From Azolla caroliniana (Eukaryota; Plantae; Polypodiophyta): a DNA stretch of 64,000 nt. Every line of letters starts with the position of its first letter. The first letter of the stretch is position 1. Positions 46,733 to 59,607 of the stretch are shown here, one piece after another. The position numbers were made by a program, and so were the translations under genes. The notes under the pieces were generated by a model. It saw only the letters and a program-made list of their open reading frames with translations, was not told where the DNA came from and did no database searches. The stretch spans positions 9,982,001 through 10,046,000 of the forward strand of contig JBHGNT010000013.1 in the NCBI GenBank assembly GCA_043228905.1, read 5' to 3'.

Positions 46733-49700
46733 CACGTACATTAGGCTCCCGACCGTTGAGGCATAAGGTACTCTCATCATCTCAGCTTTCTCCGTCTTTG
46801 TCTTTGGACTTTGTTTCCCAGACAACTTGTAGTTTGCCAGAAGTGTCGACCCGACCGGCTTCACATCCGCCATGTTGAACCTTTGGAGCACCTTGTCACG
46901 TACTTCTCCTGTGACATCCACAATAGTTTCTTCATTCGGTCCCAGACTATGTGCATCCCTAAGATCTGTCTCGCCGGACCCATATCTTTCATTGAGAAGG
47001 ACATACTCAAGGCCTTCTTCAGTATCCCAATTTTGATACGGACCAGTCCGACGATCAACATGTCTTCCACATATAGCAAGAGTATTAGGAAGTCACCTCC
47101 GTCGAACTTCTTCACAAACATGCAATGCTCAGCTTGCGTCTTGTGGTATCCTTGGTCGGTCATGGAGTCGAACTTCCGGTACCACTGCCAGGGAGCTTGC
47201 TTCAATCCGTATAAGGTCTTCTTCAATTGGCACACCAAGTTCTCCTTCCCTTTCAAGATGAATCCTTCCGACTGCTGCATATAAATCTCCTCCTCAAGGT
47301 CATCGTGCAAGAATGCAATTTTGACATCTAATTGTTCGACCTTGAGGTCCATGCTTGCTGTTATGCTCAAAACCGTCCGGATGGATGTCATCTTCACTAC
47401 CGGGGCGAAGATCTTGTCGAAGTCCACTCCTTTCTTCTGGCGGAAGCCCTTCACCACGATGCGGCCTTTATACCTTGGTGGATTTATGGCGTCTCCCGGT
47501 TTCAACTTGTATACCCACCTTGTTTCAGAGCGCCCTCTTTCCTTTCGGCAACTCCATCAATTCGTATGTGTGGCTCTCATGCAGGGAATCCATCTCTTCT
47601 TGCATGGCACTTAACCACTTGCAATTTTGAGTGTCTTTCTTGGCTTCTTCGAAGCTCTCCGACTCCCCCTCGTCAGTCAACAGTACATGCTCTTCATCCG
47701 AAAATCTCCGGGGAGCCCATCTCTCCCTAAGAGGATTTCTTCTTCTTCCTTGTTCTTCTGCCACCGGTTCTTCATCCGAATCCGATTCGGGGTCTTGTCC
47801 GGTTTCAGTGTCTCATACTTTGGTCATTCTAGTTACTTGTCCGAATCCGGCCGGTTCACCACGGTTTTCAGTTGCCATCCGGCTTCCTTCTGGATGTATC
47901 CTTAATTCGTCCAACCGATCTATGTTTTTCGACTCAGAGGTTGATATCTTCTTCTTTAATTCCCAATCGGCAATAGTCTTGTCTTCCAAGAAGACTATGT
48001 CCCTGCTCCGAATCACTTTCTTCTCAGCGAGGTTCCACAACTGGTAGCCGAACTCATCATCGCCATATCTAAGGACTATGCATGGACGAGTTTTCAAATC
48101 TAATTTTCCATGTTTATCCTTACAATATGCACATAAGCAAGACAACCGAATATCGTCAGATGCCGGTAAGAAACGGCTTTGCCGGTCCACATTCTCGGTG
48201 GTATATCTCCGTCCAAGGGTGTTGAGCGTGATCTGTTTATCACGTACGTCGTTGTCATCAGCGCCTCAACCCAGAACGTCTTGGACAGCTTGGCATGTGC
48301 AAGCATACTCCGTACTCCCTCCAATACAATTTGGTTCATTCTCTCGGCCAGCCTGTTAAGCTTTAGCGTCTTTGGCACGGTGTACTTGAGTCGGATTCCC
48401 TTCGACCGGCAGTACTCCTCGAACTGCCCTCGGTATTGACCTTCGTTGTTCGCTCAAACTGCTTTCAAATTCCGGTTGGTTTCCCTTTCTACTCTCGCAT
48501 GAAACTCCTTGAAGGTGGATAGTACCTGATCCTTCGTCTTCAGCGTGGAGACCCATAGCTTCCGGCCGTGGTCATCTATGAAAGTCATGAAGTACTGCGA
48601 TCCGGCATGTGACGTCGTGTCCACTCAACATATATCGGTATGCACAAGTTCAAGAGGTTCCTTCTGTCTCATCGGTGGTCTCGACCGGAAAGAGGTTTTA
48701 TTTTGCTTGTCAAACTAGCAATCGGTGCACTTCTCAAGTTGCACGTTGTCGCGTTACTACGCGCGTCGTGCGTGGAGAAACGAGGCGGGACCACCGGGGT
48801 CTTGGACCGAAGAGCAGGTGATAGAAGGGGAATGAGAAAGAGAGAGACGCCCTATCACGTATGAGTAAGAAACACAAGGGCACGGCTCGTCAACACAGAT
48901 GACGCGAAGGGACACAGAGATAGGGAGACACAAGTGTTTGTATATTAACGAGTAACAGAATACACAACAAAGCACGCGAGCGGTTACAACCGAACAGGCC
49001 GGCGAACAGATGCATATGCCTGTTCGTCTGCGCACGAAAGGAGAAAAGGGTGGAGGTGCTGCCGGAAGCACACGGGCGTTCCTCGAAGCAGCGCGAGCCT
49101 CCCGAAAACCTGCAGAGAAGAGCGATGGAGAACGAACAGAGGAGAAGCGTTCGGTTCCGGTCCGACAGCACTTCGTCCTCCTTAATGCGTGATCCCTTCT
49201 CCCTGCGTCTCCCTCTCCTTTATAGCGTCAAGAAGGGAGCCGTCTCCCTCATTTACTTCCTACCTACCGAATCTAACTACCCAGGATATCTCTATGTACC
49301 TAATTCTCTATTATATACATTAAGAGCGCGCACACATGAAGGGCCGGTTCATGTGCGTTATTCACCAATTGCGCCAAGGGACGGTTTTCTTCATGACATC
49401 CGCCCCCACCTAACCGCGCATCCACCGGTATGCGCCAAAATTGGGTTCTACTTGGAGAAAACCGGTCTGGGTTCCGTTTCTTCGTCCATCGGTTCGCCCT
49501 CCGTTTCGGACTGTTCGTCTTCGTTGTCCAGGCCTCTTAGATCCGGTTCGTCGTCGTGGCGCTTCTTGAACGCTTTGATCCGCTTCCCTGCTACCGGCAT
49601 CGCCATCCTCGTACCGTCGAGTTCCGCCAAGTGATACGTCCCGTTGTCGTTGGCGCTCGTTACCACGTAAGGCCCGAACCACCGCTTCGCAAACTTCCGT

Positions 49701-52700
49701 GTTGCTCGGTGCTGGTTGTCGAGGTTGTTGTCGTAGACTAGCACCCAGTCGCCTTCCTCGATTTTCTTCGGTCGTAGCTGGTGCGTTCGGTTGAACCGGG
49801 CTTTGTTCTTCATCCTCGCCGTTCGAAGTCTCTCCGCCGCTCGTTCCACGTCCTCTGGCCTCCGCTCGAGCTGCCGTATACGTGCCGCTAGCAGTTCTTC
49901 CCGACTCACCTCGTCCCTCCAATCTACTGTCGCCCAAGAGGAGATCGTCCGTTCCATCGGCATGATCGGCTTCTGTCCGAACATGAGCTCTGACGGCATG
50001 AACCCGGTTACCGAACTGTGCGTTGTTCGGTCCGCCCACAAGGCATAAGGTAACAGGCGTGGCCAGTTCCTGACCTGGCCTCCGTATGCCCGGACTAGCG
50101 CTTTGACGATTGGCCCGTGCCCGCGCTCTACCTTCCCGTTTGCCTCCGGATTGTACGTTGTGGTGAGCGAGAGCTTGACCCCTAACCGGTCGAACAGCTC
50201 CTCAACCTCTTCGGCGTCCAACTCCCCGCGGTCAGCCATGATCTTTCCGACGCACCCCTACCGGCATATCACGTCCTCGATCAGGAACCGACACACGGCC
50301 GCGGTCGTTTTCTTCTGCAGGGCTCGGCCTTCCACCTGGTTCGTCAGGTCCTCCCGGGCCAGCACCAGATATCGCATCTGCCCTACGCCCATCGCCATCG
50401 TCACCAAATCTACCATCCATTTGAAGTGGATGGTCGGAGGGTAAGTGGGGTGAAGCTCGTCCCGATGTCGGACTATGGAGTGCATCTAACAGCTCTCACA
50501 AGTTGTCACGAACCGATGCACATCCCGGTACAGTCCCGGCCACCAGTACTTCCCCTTTAGTTTCTCAAACGTGGCCCACGTCCCACGGTGTCCAGCCCAA
50601 GGGCTGTCGTGGTAGGCCTTCAGCAACTCCTCCTGTTCCTCCTTCATCGCCACTACTCGGAGCGGGATGCCGTTTCTCTTCTTCGGGTGCTTCCACAAGT
50701 ATCCGTCCCGGAGAAAGAATTGGTATGCTTTCTTCCGGATTTGGTTGGCCTCGTCCTTTGTCCATGACGCGTCCGGCGCCATCGTCCTCAAGAATCCCCC
50801 AATCTGCAGCCACTCCCCGTCGTACTTGCTTACGTTGAAATCGTTAAGCGCTGGAGTGCTCCCTCCCTCGGTTGTTGCGTAAGCCGCCTCGAAGAAGTCC
50901 ACGCCGGCTTCCTCGTCCTCCGAAACCATGCCGCCCTCGTCGTTGAATCGCGCCCTCGAAAGCATGTCGGCCATGGCATTGTCTTTCCCGGAAATGTGTC
51001 GTATTTCCGGATCCAGGGACTTGATGTACGCTATCCACCTGAGCATCGCCAGGTCCGAGGTTGCGCATCCAGAAATCATGCCGAGAATCGGCAGGCAGTC
51101 CGTCTCGATAATCACTTCTGTCCCGATCAGATAGTCTTTATCGGCCTTCACCGCCGAAACGATACCCCAGAGTTCGCGTTTAACCTGGGAGTATCCTCGT
51201 TGTCGCTCGCTGAGGACCTTCGCGCCAAACCGGATTGGGAACCGAATGCCGTCCTCATCTTCTTGGTTGACGACCCATTCGATCCCGGTCGGACTCGTAT
51301 CTACCGTTATGTAGATGGGAGTACCTTTCTCGTAGACAGCCTTCCGGAGTGCCGGTGCTGCAGAAAGAGCCTCCTTCATCTTTCGGACCGACTCCGCGTG
51401 CTCGTCTCACCACTCGAATTTTCGCCCCTTTTTCAGCAACCCGTATAGCGGCTCGGCAATGTGGGCGTAATGTGGGATCCATATGTGGTAGAATGCGCAT
51501 GCTCCCAAAAACCTTCGTACCTCCGTGACCGAGTTACAGTCGGGCTTCATTGAGGAGATGGCTTCCACCTTAGCCGGAGACGGTTTCCGGCCATACAGCC
51601 CGCATAGATGTCCGACGACCATGATCTTTGATTGCCCGAAGGCCGATTTCTCCCCGGAGAAGGTGAGCCTCGCGTCCTCTAGCCTCTGCAGCACCCTCTC
51701 GCAGTCATCAATGTGTGTCGCCACGAATTTCCGGCATCCGTCCGGTCCAACCGTTTCGTCCTTTTCCTCCACCGGACATCCCTTGATCGGGATGTCATCC
51801 AAGAATGGCATGGTGATGTCCGGGATACAATCCCTCAGCACCTTGTTCATTGCATTCACCATGTGGGCCACCGAGTTCGTCCCTCCTTGTGGCAGGGTGC
51901 ACATCTGCACTAGGCCGAGAGGAGTCCGCATCGTCGTAATGTCTCTGCTCTCTACGGCTAGTTGGAACTGATCGTACCCCGAGTACAGATCACCAACCGA
52001 GTAGATCGACCTTCCGGCGAACCGTTTCGTCCTTTTCCTCCACCGGACATCCCTTGATCGGGATGTCATCCAAGAATGGCATGGTGATATCCGGGATACA
52101 ATCCCTCAGCACCTTGTTCATTGCATTCACCATGTGGGCCACCGAGTTCGTCCCTCCTTGTGGCAGGGTGCACATCTGCACTAGGCCGAGAGGAGTCCGC
52201 ATCGTCGTAATGTCTCTGCTCTCTACGGCTAGTTGGAACTGATCGTACCCCGAGTACAGATCACCGACCGAGTAGATCGACCTTCCGGCGAAGGCCTCCG
52301 CGAACTCGTCTATCGTTGGTCCGATTCCTGCGTTCCGAATGGTCACTCTGTTGACCGGTTGCAGGTCTTGAATGAAGCGCAACGTCCCGTTCTTCTTCGG
52401 TACGGTAAACCACCGGTTCGAGTATGGGGCACTCGACGGTTCGAGGATGCCCATATCGACTTTCTGCCTCAATAGCTCCATCAGCTCCGGGATGTGAGCT
52501 CTCGATACCGAAATTGGCTTGAGATTTCATGGTACATGCGGTACCGTGAATATCACCATCGACTTCACGACTGTCGGGTCTACGCACCCAATCTCTTCCG
52601 GTGAGAATGCGAAGGCTTTCCCGAGCATTCTCCGAAACCGGTCTTCTTCCGCCGGCAGTAGGAACCCGCCCCCACCTATTTTGAGCTCCCGTAGCGTTCT

Positions 52701-54960
52701 GTAGGTGAAGGCGTATGCAGGCCAGATCTCGTAAACTGGGGTCCGACGCGACCCCCTCGATTCGCAACTCGCTGCCCTCCGGTAAGGGTGCCGCGACTGG
52801 CCTTACCTTCCGGTCCACAGTCTTGTACTTCGTGTTAACCCGGGCCGTCTGATCCGACTCGAGCCCTCGACTGAAGTCCGCGATGACTTCGTACATTTCT
52901 TCTGAACAAACCGGTATCGTCCGGTCCTCTTTAAGGCCCTCTCCGACCACCTCTCGCAGTATTCCCAAGGTATCGTCGAAGGAGACCGCCTCCACGGCTC
53001 CGTAGATTTCCTCACTGGGCCCGAGAACTCCGCACGCCCGAAGTCGCTCTTCCGCCCTTGTCTTTTCTCGGCCAACGACGCCGACTATCATACACCCTCC
53101 GTTTTCGGAGAAACAAAACTTCCTACTTATGGTACAAGGTTTCTTCGGTTTCACATCTATCGTACATATGTGGGGTTTTCTCAGAGTGTCCGGACTGTCG
53201 CGGCCCCACGCCTTGGCAGCCCTCTCTAAAAATCCTCTCGGTTCTCGCCACCGAGGGACTCGCGGTTTCGCTCGTGGTTCGGTCGCACCGTCAGGAACTG
53301 GACCGAATGACGCTCGTCCTGACTCTTGACCCTCGCGTAAGCCGACCCGTTGTCCAGCACCTTGGTCTCCATTCACGCTGCCGTAATGTACGGTTCTCCC
53401 AGTATGACCGGGTGCGAGGACGTCTCCTGCACAAAGAAGTGTTGGTCTATTTCGATGTCGTCGATCTTGACTCGCACGTTTGGGCAGGCCCCGTGTAGTT
53501 CCTCGGTGGTGCGCATCGCCGCCCGTATCTTCCACCTGTGCTTAGTGTTGATCGGCCATTTCCCCTTCTTGTAGAAGTCCATGGACATCAGGTTTATTTC
53601 CGAACCGTGGTCCACCAGCGCCACCACCGGTTCCTGAACATCTCCGATCTTCACCGGGGTTTCCGTGGTCGCTCGGGCCAAGTGTGGCCTCGAGTAGTGG
53701 CTCTCCGCCCACTCGTCTTCCAGCGCCATGTCCTCTATGTGCACCGTTCGCACCTCCACCGGCCTTCCCGGTTCTGCCTCCGTTGACAGCCTCTTCCGCT
53801 TCACCACGTCCACGATGGAGTCGTGGAACTCCTTCTTGGCGATCCCTAGCACCTCCCGCAACGACAGTTCCACCTTGTTGTCAAGGATTCGTTCTTCCAG
53901 GACCTTTCGTAGGTCCGTGGTCCTTTCGATCTCCGTGCCAAAACGGTACCCGCCCTTTTTGTGGTTATCCCGGGCACTGGACTCACCGGCCTCGTTCTGT
54001 TTCGGCCCGAATCGGGTTTCGTATCTCTGTGAAGATCCGGCCCCTCCGGGTTTACCTACCCGTTTGTCTTCAACCAGAGCCTCGTAGTTCTGGCAAGCCG
54101 CTTCGATGAAACCCGTCTTTTCTTCAACCGGGTCACTCCACCCGGTTACCTCCTGGACCCGCTTCTCCGCGCGGTCCGCCTCGTCTCTCTTTAGTCGGGC
54201 ACCGGCGAGGCCTTCCAGCACCGTCGGCCAGAACTCGGCTTTGCTCTCCTTCCGGGCCTCGCTGCCTCCGACCCGAATACCGGTTGACGCTGAGTAGTGG
54301 ACGGTCTCCGCGTGCCGGGCTGCCGCCTCTTCCATCAGCCTTTTCATTCCTCCTCGCCCGTCGTTTCGGTTTAGGGCCCTCCGGGTATTGCTGGCGTGCA
54401 CCCGACCTTCCCACAGGTACACTACCCGGCTTCTCAAAGCCTCCATAAAGTCCCCGCAGTCTTTACGGATGTGGCCGACCTCGTCGCACCACATGCACCT
54501 ACTTCCCGCCGGAGGCCGTCGGTCACAAGCCTGATCGCCGCCTTCTCTCCTTGCCTGGGCGATCTGGAGATCCTTTACCGCTCGTGTCAACTCCTCCAAA
54601 GTTGTTCCCCCAGACGAGCCTCTGACCACGTCGGTCGAAGCCGAACCGGTTTCGAGCCACTCCCGGGTCTCTTCCCTTCGCGCATGCGGTATCGGTTCGA
54701 GCTTCCTTGCTGCGACAGGTCCCGCCCCGGTCGCCTCTGTATCAGCCCACTCCCACCGTTTGTCAAAACGGCCGCAGACTCTTTTTACCGCGGCCCAGTC
54801 GGCCGTCAGCCCGTCTTCGGTTTCCAGTAAGGAGCCAACTTGCCCCTGATCCTGTGCGTCAACCGATTTGACAAACAGCAAGACACGACTTGTGTCCAGA
54901 ACGGTCCGATCGAGCGCCGAAAGGCGCGCAAAGCGTTCCTCAAACTCCCGGAGGAGTACC

Positions 54961-55712
54961 TGACCGGAACTCAACGCTCCTTATGTCCAAGGCTCGACCA
55001 CAACCGAGATTCTTTTCATACACAGAAAACGGGAAACAAATGCACGCGACACAAAGGAGAGAAAAAGGGTAGACAAGATGTTTACGTGGAAAACCCAAAC
55101 TAAGGGAAAAACCACGGCAACCCACAGGCTGCAAACTATCACTATATTGGAATGTACAAACAGTGAGTTCACGGAGGCAACGACCTCGTGCTCACGATCT
55201 TCACCACAAGCGGCGGTTACAACAGAGGCAACGACCTCGTTCTCTCTCTCTCCAACCTGTACACTGTTACACGCTCTCTCTTCTTGCACCAACCAGAAAA
55301 AGACAACAACAACAACAGTTATAAGTTTGCCCTAAGTCATATTTATACTAATATGACTTTTCGGCTATTTACAAATATAGCCACGATGGGCTCTCAGAAA
55401 CATATTTACGAATATGTCTCTTCCTCTGGTTCTCACCGGGTCTGCACCATCCGGCTCTCCGTAGCTGGGTACTCCTCATCCGGTTCACACCGGGTCTGCA
55501 CCATCCGGATCTCCGTAGTCGGGTACTCCTCATCCGGTTGACACCGGGTCTGCACCATCCGGCTCTCCCTAGCCGGGTACTCCTCATCCGGTTTCGCACC
55601 GGGTCTGCACCATCCGGCTCTCCGTAGCCAGGTACTCCTCATCCAGTTTCGGCCGAGGCCGATACAGCACTGTTCTTCTCCCTTCCCATCCAGAGGGACC
55701 TGTCTCCCAACA
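54961..55712 (-). mobile_element. Solo LTR of an E-related copia family, inserted in the gag of F
   Basis: TG...CA ends; TSD GTACC at 54956-54960 / GTACT at 55713-55717; removing it restores gag NASVLLRE; shares GTGGAAA(A)CC...AAAACCA, GCTATTTACAAATAT and terminal GAGGGACC...CCCAACA motifs with the E LTR. Confidence 0.85.
55428..55644. repeat. 4 x 54-bp tandem repeat in U3 of the solo LTR
   Basis: Units start at 55428, 55482, 55536 and 55590 (GGTT..CACCGGGTCTGCACCATCCGGCTCTCCGTAG..GGTACTCCTCATCC). Confidence 0.9.
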
Positions 55713-58382
55713 GTACTGACGCATTTCTTCCTTTGTTGGGGGACTCCACCCACTCCATGAAGCTCCGCTTCGAAAGTCGAAGCGCGTCATCCAGCCCATA
55801 TTTCTCCAGGAGCCGTCCTTCGAACTACTCCCAGGTCCGGCTCTCCGCCCGGACCTCGAGCACCTCCGCATGGATGCCCGGCATCGCCACTCGAGGGAAT
55901 CCGGCAAGACGCCTCTCTTCCGGAATATCCCTCATCAACATCTCTGCCCGGTAGGACGCCAAATAACTCATGGCATCCTTTCCACTGAACCGGCCGATCG
56001 TACCGACGATCGCCTCAATAGCCCTGTCAAGGGCGCCGGTGCCCTCGTGCCCGCTCACTATCCGGTCCACGGCCGAAGCCATGGCCTCTGCAAGATCCGA
56101 ACCCCTCATCTTCTGCTCCTCTGCCGCATGTTTCGCGTCGGGTTCACCAAATATGTCGCGTTACTACGCGCGTGCGTGGAGAAACGAGCCGGGACCACCG
56201 GGGTCTTGGACCGAAGAGCAGGTGATAGAAGGGGAATGAGAAAGAGAGAGACGCCCTATCACGTATGAGTAAGAAACACAGGGGCACGGCCCGTCAACAC
56301 AGATGACGCGAAGGGACACAGAGATAGGGAGACACAAGTGTTTGTATATTAACGAGTAACAGAATACACAACAAAGCACGCGAGCGGTTACAACCGAACA
56401 GGCCGGCGAACAGATGCTTATGCATGTTCGTCTGCGCACGAAAGGAGAAAAGGGTGGAGGTGCTGCCGGAAGCACACGGGCGTTCCTCGAAGCAGCGCGA
56501 GCCTCCCGAAAACCTGCAGAGAAGAGCGATGGAGAACGAACAGAGGAGAAGCGTTCGGTTCCGGTCCGACAGCACTTCGTCCTCCTTAATGCGTGATCCC
56601 TTCTCCCTGCGTCTCCCTCTCCTTAATAGCGTCAAGAAGGGAGCCGTCTCCCTCATTTACTTCCTACCTACCGAATCTAACTACCCAGGATATCTCTATG
56701 TACCTAATTCTCTATTATATACATTAAGAGCGCGCACACGTGAAGGGCCGGTTCATGTGCGCAATTCACCAATTGTGCCAAGGGACGGTTTTCTTCACGA
56801 CAACGTTTTTCACCTCCGGAATGAGGTTATCTTCGGCAAGTCTCCTCATCCCCTTCTGGCTCATGTGACACAACCTCTTGAAGCTCACCGGCAGTGTCAG
56901 ATGTTATGTTCACTTCCTCCTGGCATATCCAGGCATGCATCAGGTATAGTGTGTTGATCTTCCGAGCTCGGGCCACGATCAGGCTTCCCTTGCAGAATTT
57001 CATGGTGTCGTTCCAGATGCTACCGGTGTAGCCTTCATCGTCCAGTCGGCTGGCTGATATAAGATTCAATCCAACTTCCGAAACGTGGCGCACTTCTCTC
57101 AATAGTAGTTTGCACCCAGTTGATGTTGTCAAACATACATCTCCTATGCTGATGATTCGGCATGCTCCTTCATTCCCCATCCTTACACAACCATGATCTC
57201 CGGCTCTATATGATAAGAAGCACTTCTGGTCTGGGGTCAGATGGAACGACGCTCCACCCACTGGTTTCATCGTTGACAAGGTGTAGCTCACTCTCCTTAG
57301 TGATGAGCAACAATTCTTCTTCACTTGTCATGATTGCCGATGTTCCGCTTCTTTCCGAAATCTTCTTCGGTTTGGAGGCGTCGGCTCCCCCTTGACTTCG
57401 ACCTCATCCCCGACTTTTCCCGGTTCTAGGGACTTCTATTCCGGCCTCTTCCCCGATTTGTGTCATCTTCCGTAACTAAGGCCTTCAGGTCGGTTCCGGA
57501 CTCTCAGCCCTTTCGGCGAGCTTCCTCATTCAGCAATCTCGATTTTACTCTTGTTAGGGATAAGTTCTTCCCTTCCGGTCCAGTGTTGCCCAACGTGACA
57601 ACCAATGTCTCCCAGTTATCCAGAAGGGATCTGAGCAACAACAATGCCAGTACCTCGTCGGCTAATGGTACTTCGAGCAAGGTAGTCTTGTTTATTAGCC
57701 CCTGGAAAGCAGTCATATGCTTTGCCATACTGGCACCATCCTTATACCTGAGCCTCACTATTTTCCGGAATACTGAAACTCGATTCATAGCATTCTTGTT
57801 CTCTAACATAATGTCAATCTTCTCCCAGAGGACTCAGCCTTGTTCTCTTCGTTAAAGTAATTGTACATGCTCATGTTGATGAAGCATCTTATGTATGTCG
57901 TCGTCTTCATATGCATTACTTCCCAGGTTGCGACATCAATCTTGTCCAGTCTTTTATCTCCAAACTGTACTGACAACCAAAGATCTTTGACCACTAGCAT
58001 GCCCCTCATCTTCGACTTCCACACTGAGTAGTTGGAGCTAGTGAGATTGAACATGCCTCCGAATGAATCTTCCATTTCACTTTGTTTTGTTTGAAGTTTA
58101 CAACCTCACTCTGATACCAAATTTAGAGGAATCGGTCTCAGCCACAACCAAGATCCAAACTCACTATGGAAGAAACAGAACAGAAATAGAGATTGATAGA
58201 CTTACACAGGAACGAGACAACACTGTATGTTAATGTGGAAACCTCGAGAGGCAAAACCATGGGAGTTCATAGACTCCGAAAATAGGATCACCCTAGGGGA
58301 GAGGAAGGGTACAATAGGAGACTCGGAGACAATGACCTCGAGCTCTATATCTTCGCCAACCAACGTTTACAACTAATACACC

Positions 58383-58443
<61 letters not shown>

Positions 58444-59607
58444 AACAACTAACAACTAACTAATTATGGCCACTACAATATGTTTTTCCCTAGTTATATT
58501 TACACTTATATAACAATAGGGCTATTTACAAATATGGCCTCAACATGCACATCCGAACATATTTACTAATGTGTCCCTACTTCTAGTTCACACCGAATCT
58601 GATCCATATACCTTCCAGATCTCGTCTGATCCCATCCGGAGGGACCAGTTCCCCAACAGATCCATGGATACTATTCCACATAATTCGGCATATTATCACA
58701 TAGTAGTCAACCAAGACACATCATGTGTCAAGAAGGACTTGTTTAATGGTACCATTTACTATAACCCGTGGGCGTATATACTAGCTTGGACCTCGTTTAT
58801 TGTAAACTTTTAACCAACCCAAGAAAGTAATGTACGTTTGCAACTAACACATGAATAATTACATTTATCGCCAACTACCTACAATGATGTTGTTTCAATG
58901 ATTAGAAAATGACCACCTCCATCAACGGATTTTCTACAGATACCCAAGTAATTTTTTGAATCAACCAAAGCTACCAAAATCACATGAATTTGAGCAACCA
59001 CATCTACTATTTCTACATTCTTCTTAGATTCAAATGCATAACTCTCAATATCGAATTGCTAAATCTATCATATTTCTCTCATTTACACATTGTGACCATG
59101 TTAGATTCAGGTGGGCCAACCCTAAACTAGATGATCGAAACATATCTTGCAGAAGAATTGGATTTCAGATTTGAATCGAAATTCGAATCAAAGGAAACTT
59201 TGTCAAATTCAAGAACTTCAATTGAATCTAAGTATGCCCAAGGGTTCGAGGTTATCGAGACCAAGTATTATATCATATGAATACAAATACATTGAGAAAG
59301 TAGAGGAGAGAGACTAACTACTTGAAATACAATTTACTACCAAATAGAAATTAACGTACATTGAGTTTGATAGTAGTGGTACTATAGAAGAATGGACCAC
59401 CCCCTACTTGCATAGATGAGTTGGAAGTTGAATGCAACAACTATCAACGAAAGTTATATCTCATAATATATGCATCCCATCTACTACTATAACAAGTGCA
59501 ATCAAATTGACCCTAAAAGTGTGCAAAAAGATACTCTCTAGCATGATCAATATTGCATATCATTTAGTATATTGATCCTTGGTTGTTTGTGAACTGAACA
59601 CTCGCAA

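Larger units (their letters stand above)
49448..56109 (-). pseudogene. gag-pro / pol of F, disrupted by stops, a 271-bp duplication and a solo LTR
   Basis: Knuckle CMWCDEVGHIRKDC, PR ALVDHGSEIN, RT GDLYSGYDQ...FLDD, RNase H VDTSP, IN YH...GH...CESC and ADRGE...ERGH, WFGPY. Confidence 0.9.
48747..56802 (-). mobile_element. Ty3/gypsy LTR retrotransposon F, tRNA-Trp primed (relative of B)
   Basis: LTRs 56154-56802 and 48747-49398, nearly identical; PBS reverse complement TTCGCGTCGGGTTCACCA at 56132-56149; TSD ACGT at 48743-48746 and 56803-56806; gag-PR then RT-RH-IN. Confidence 0.95.
46733..58658 (-). mobile_element. Ty1/copia element E (Tnt1/Tork-like), degenerate, 3' end missing, interrupted by F
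   Basis: 5' LTR about 58122-58658; PBS reverse complement CTCTGATACCA at 58109-58119; gag from 58075; IN 48742-47960; RT (YKGRIVVKG, LLYVED, VGSLMY) ending at 46733. Confidence 0.88.

Noticed and set aside
55428-55644. Regularly spaced repeats resembling a CRISPR array
   Set aside because: Units are fully tandem with no unique spacers, lie inside an LTR, and no cas genes are present in this eukaryotic context.
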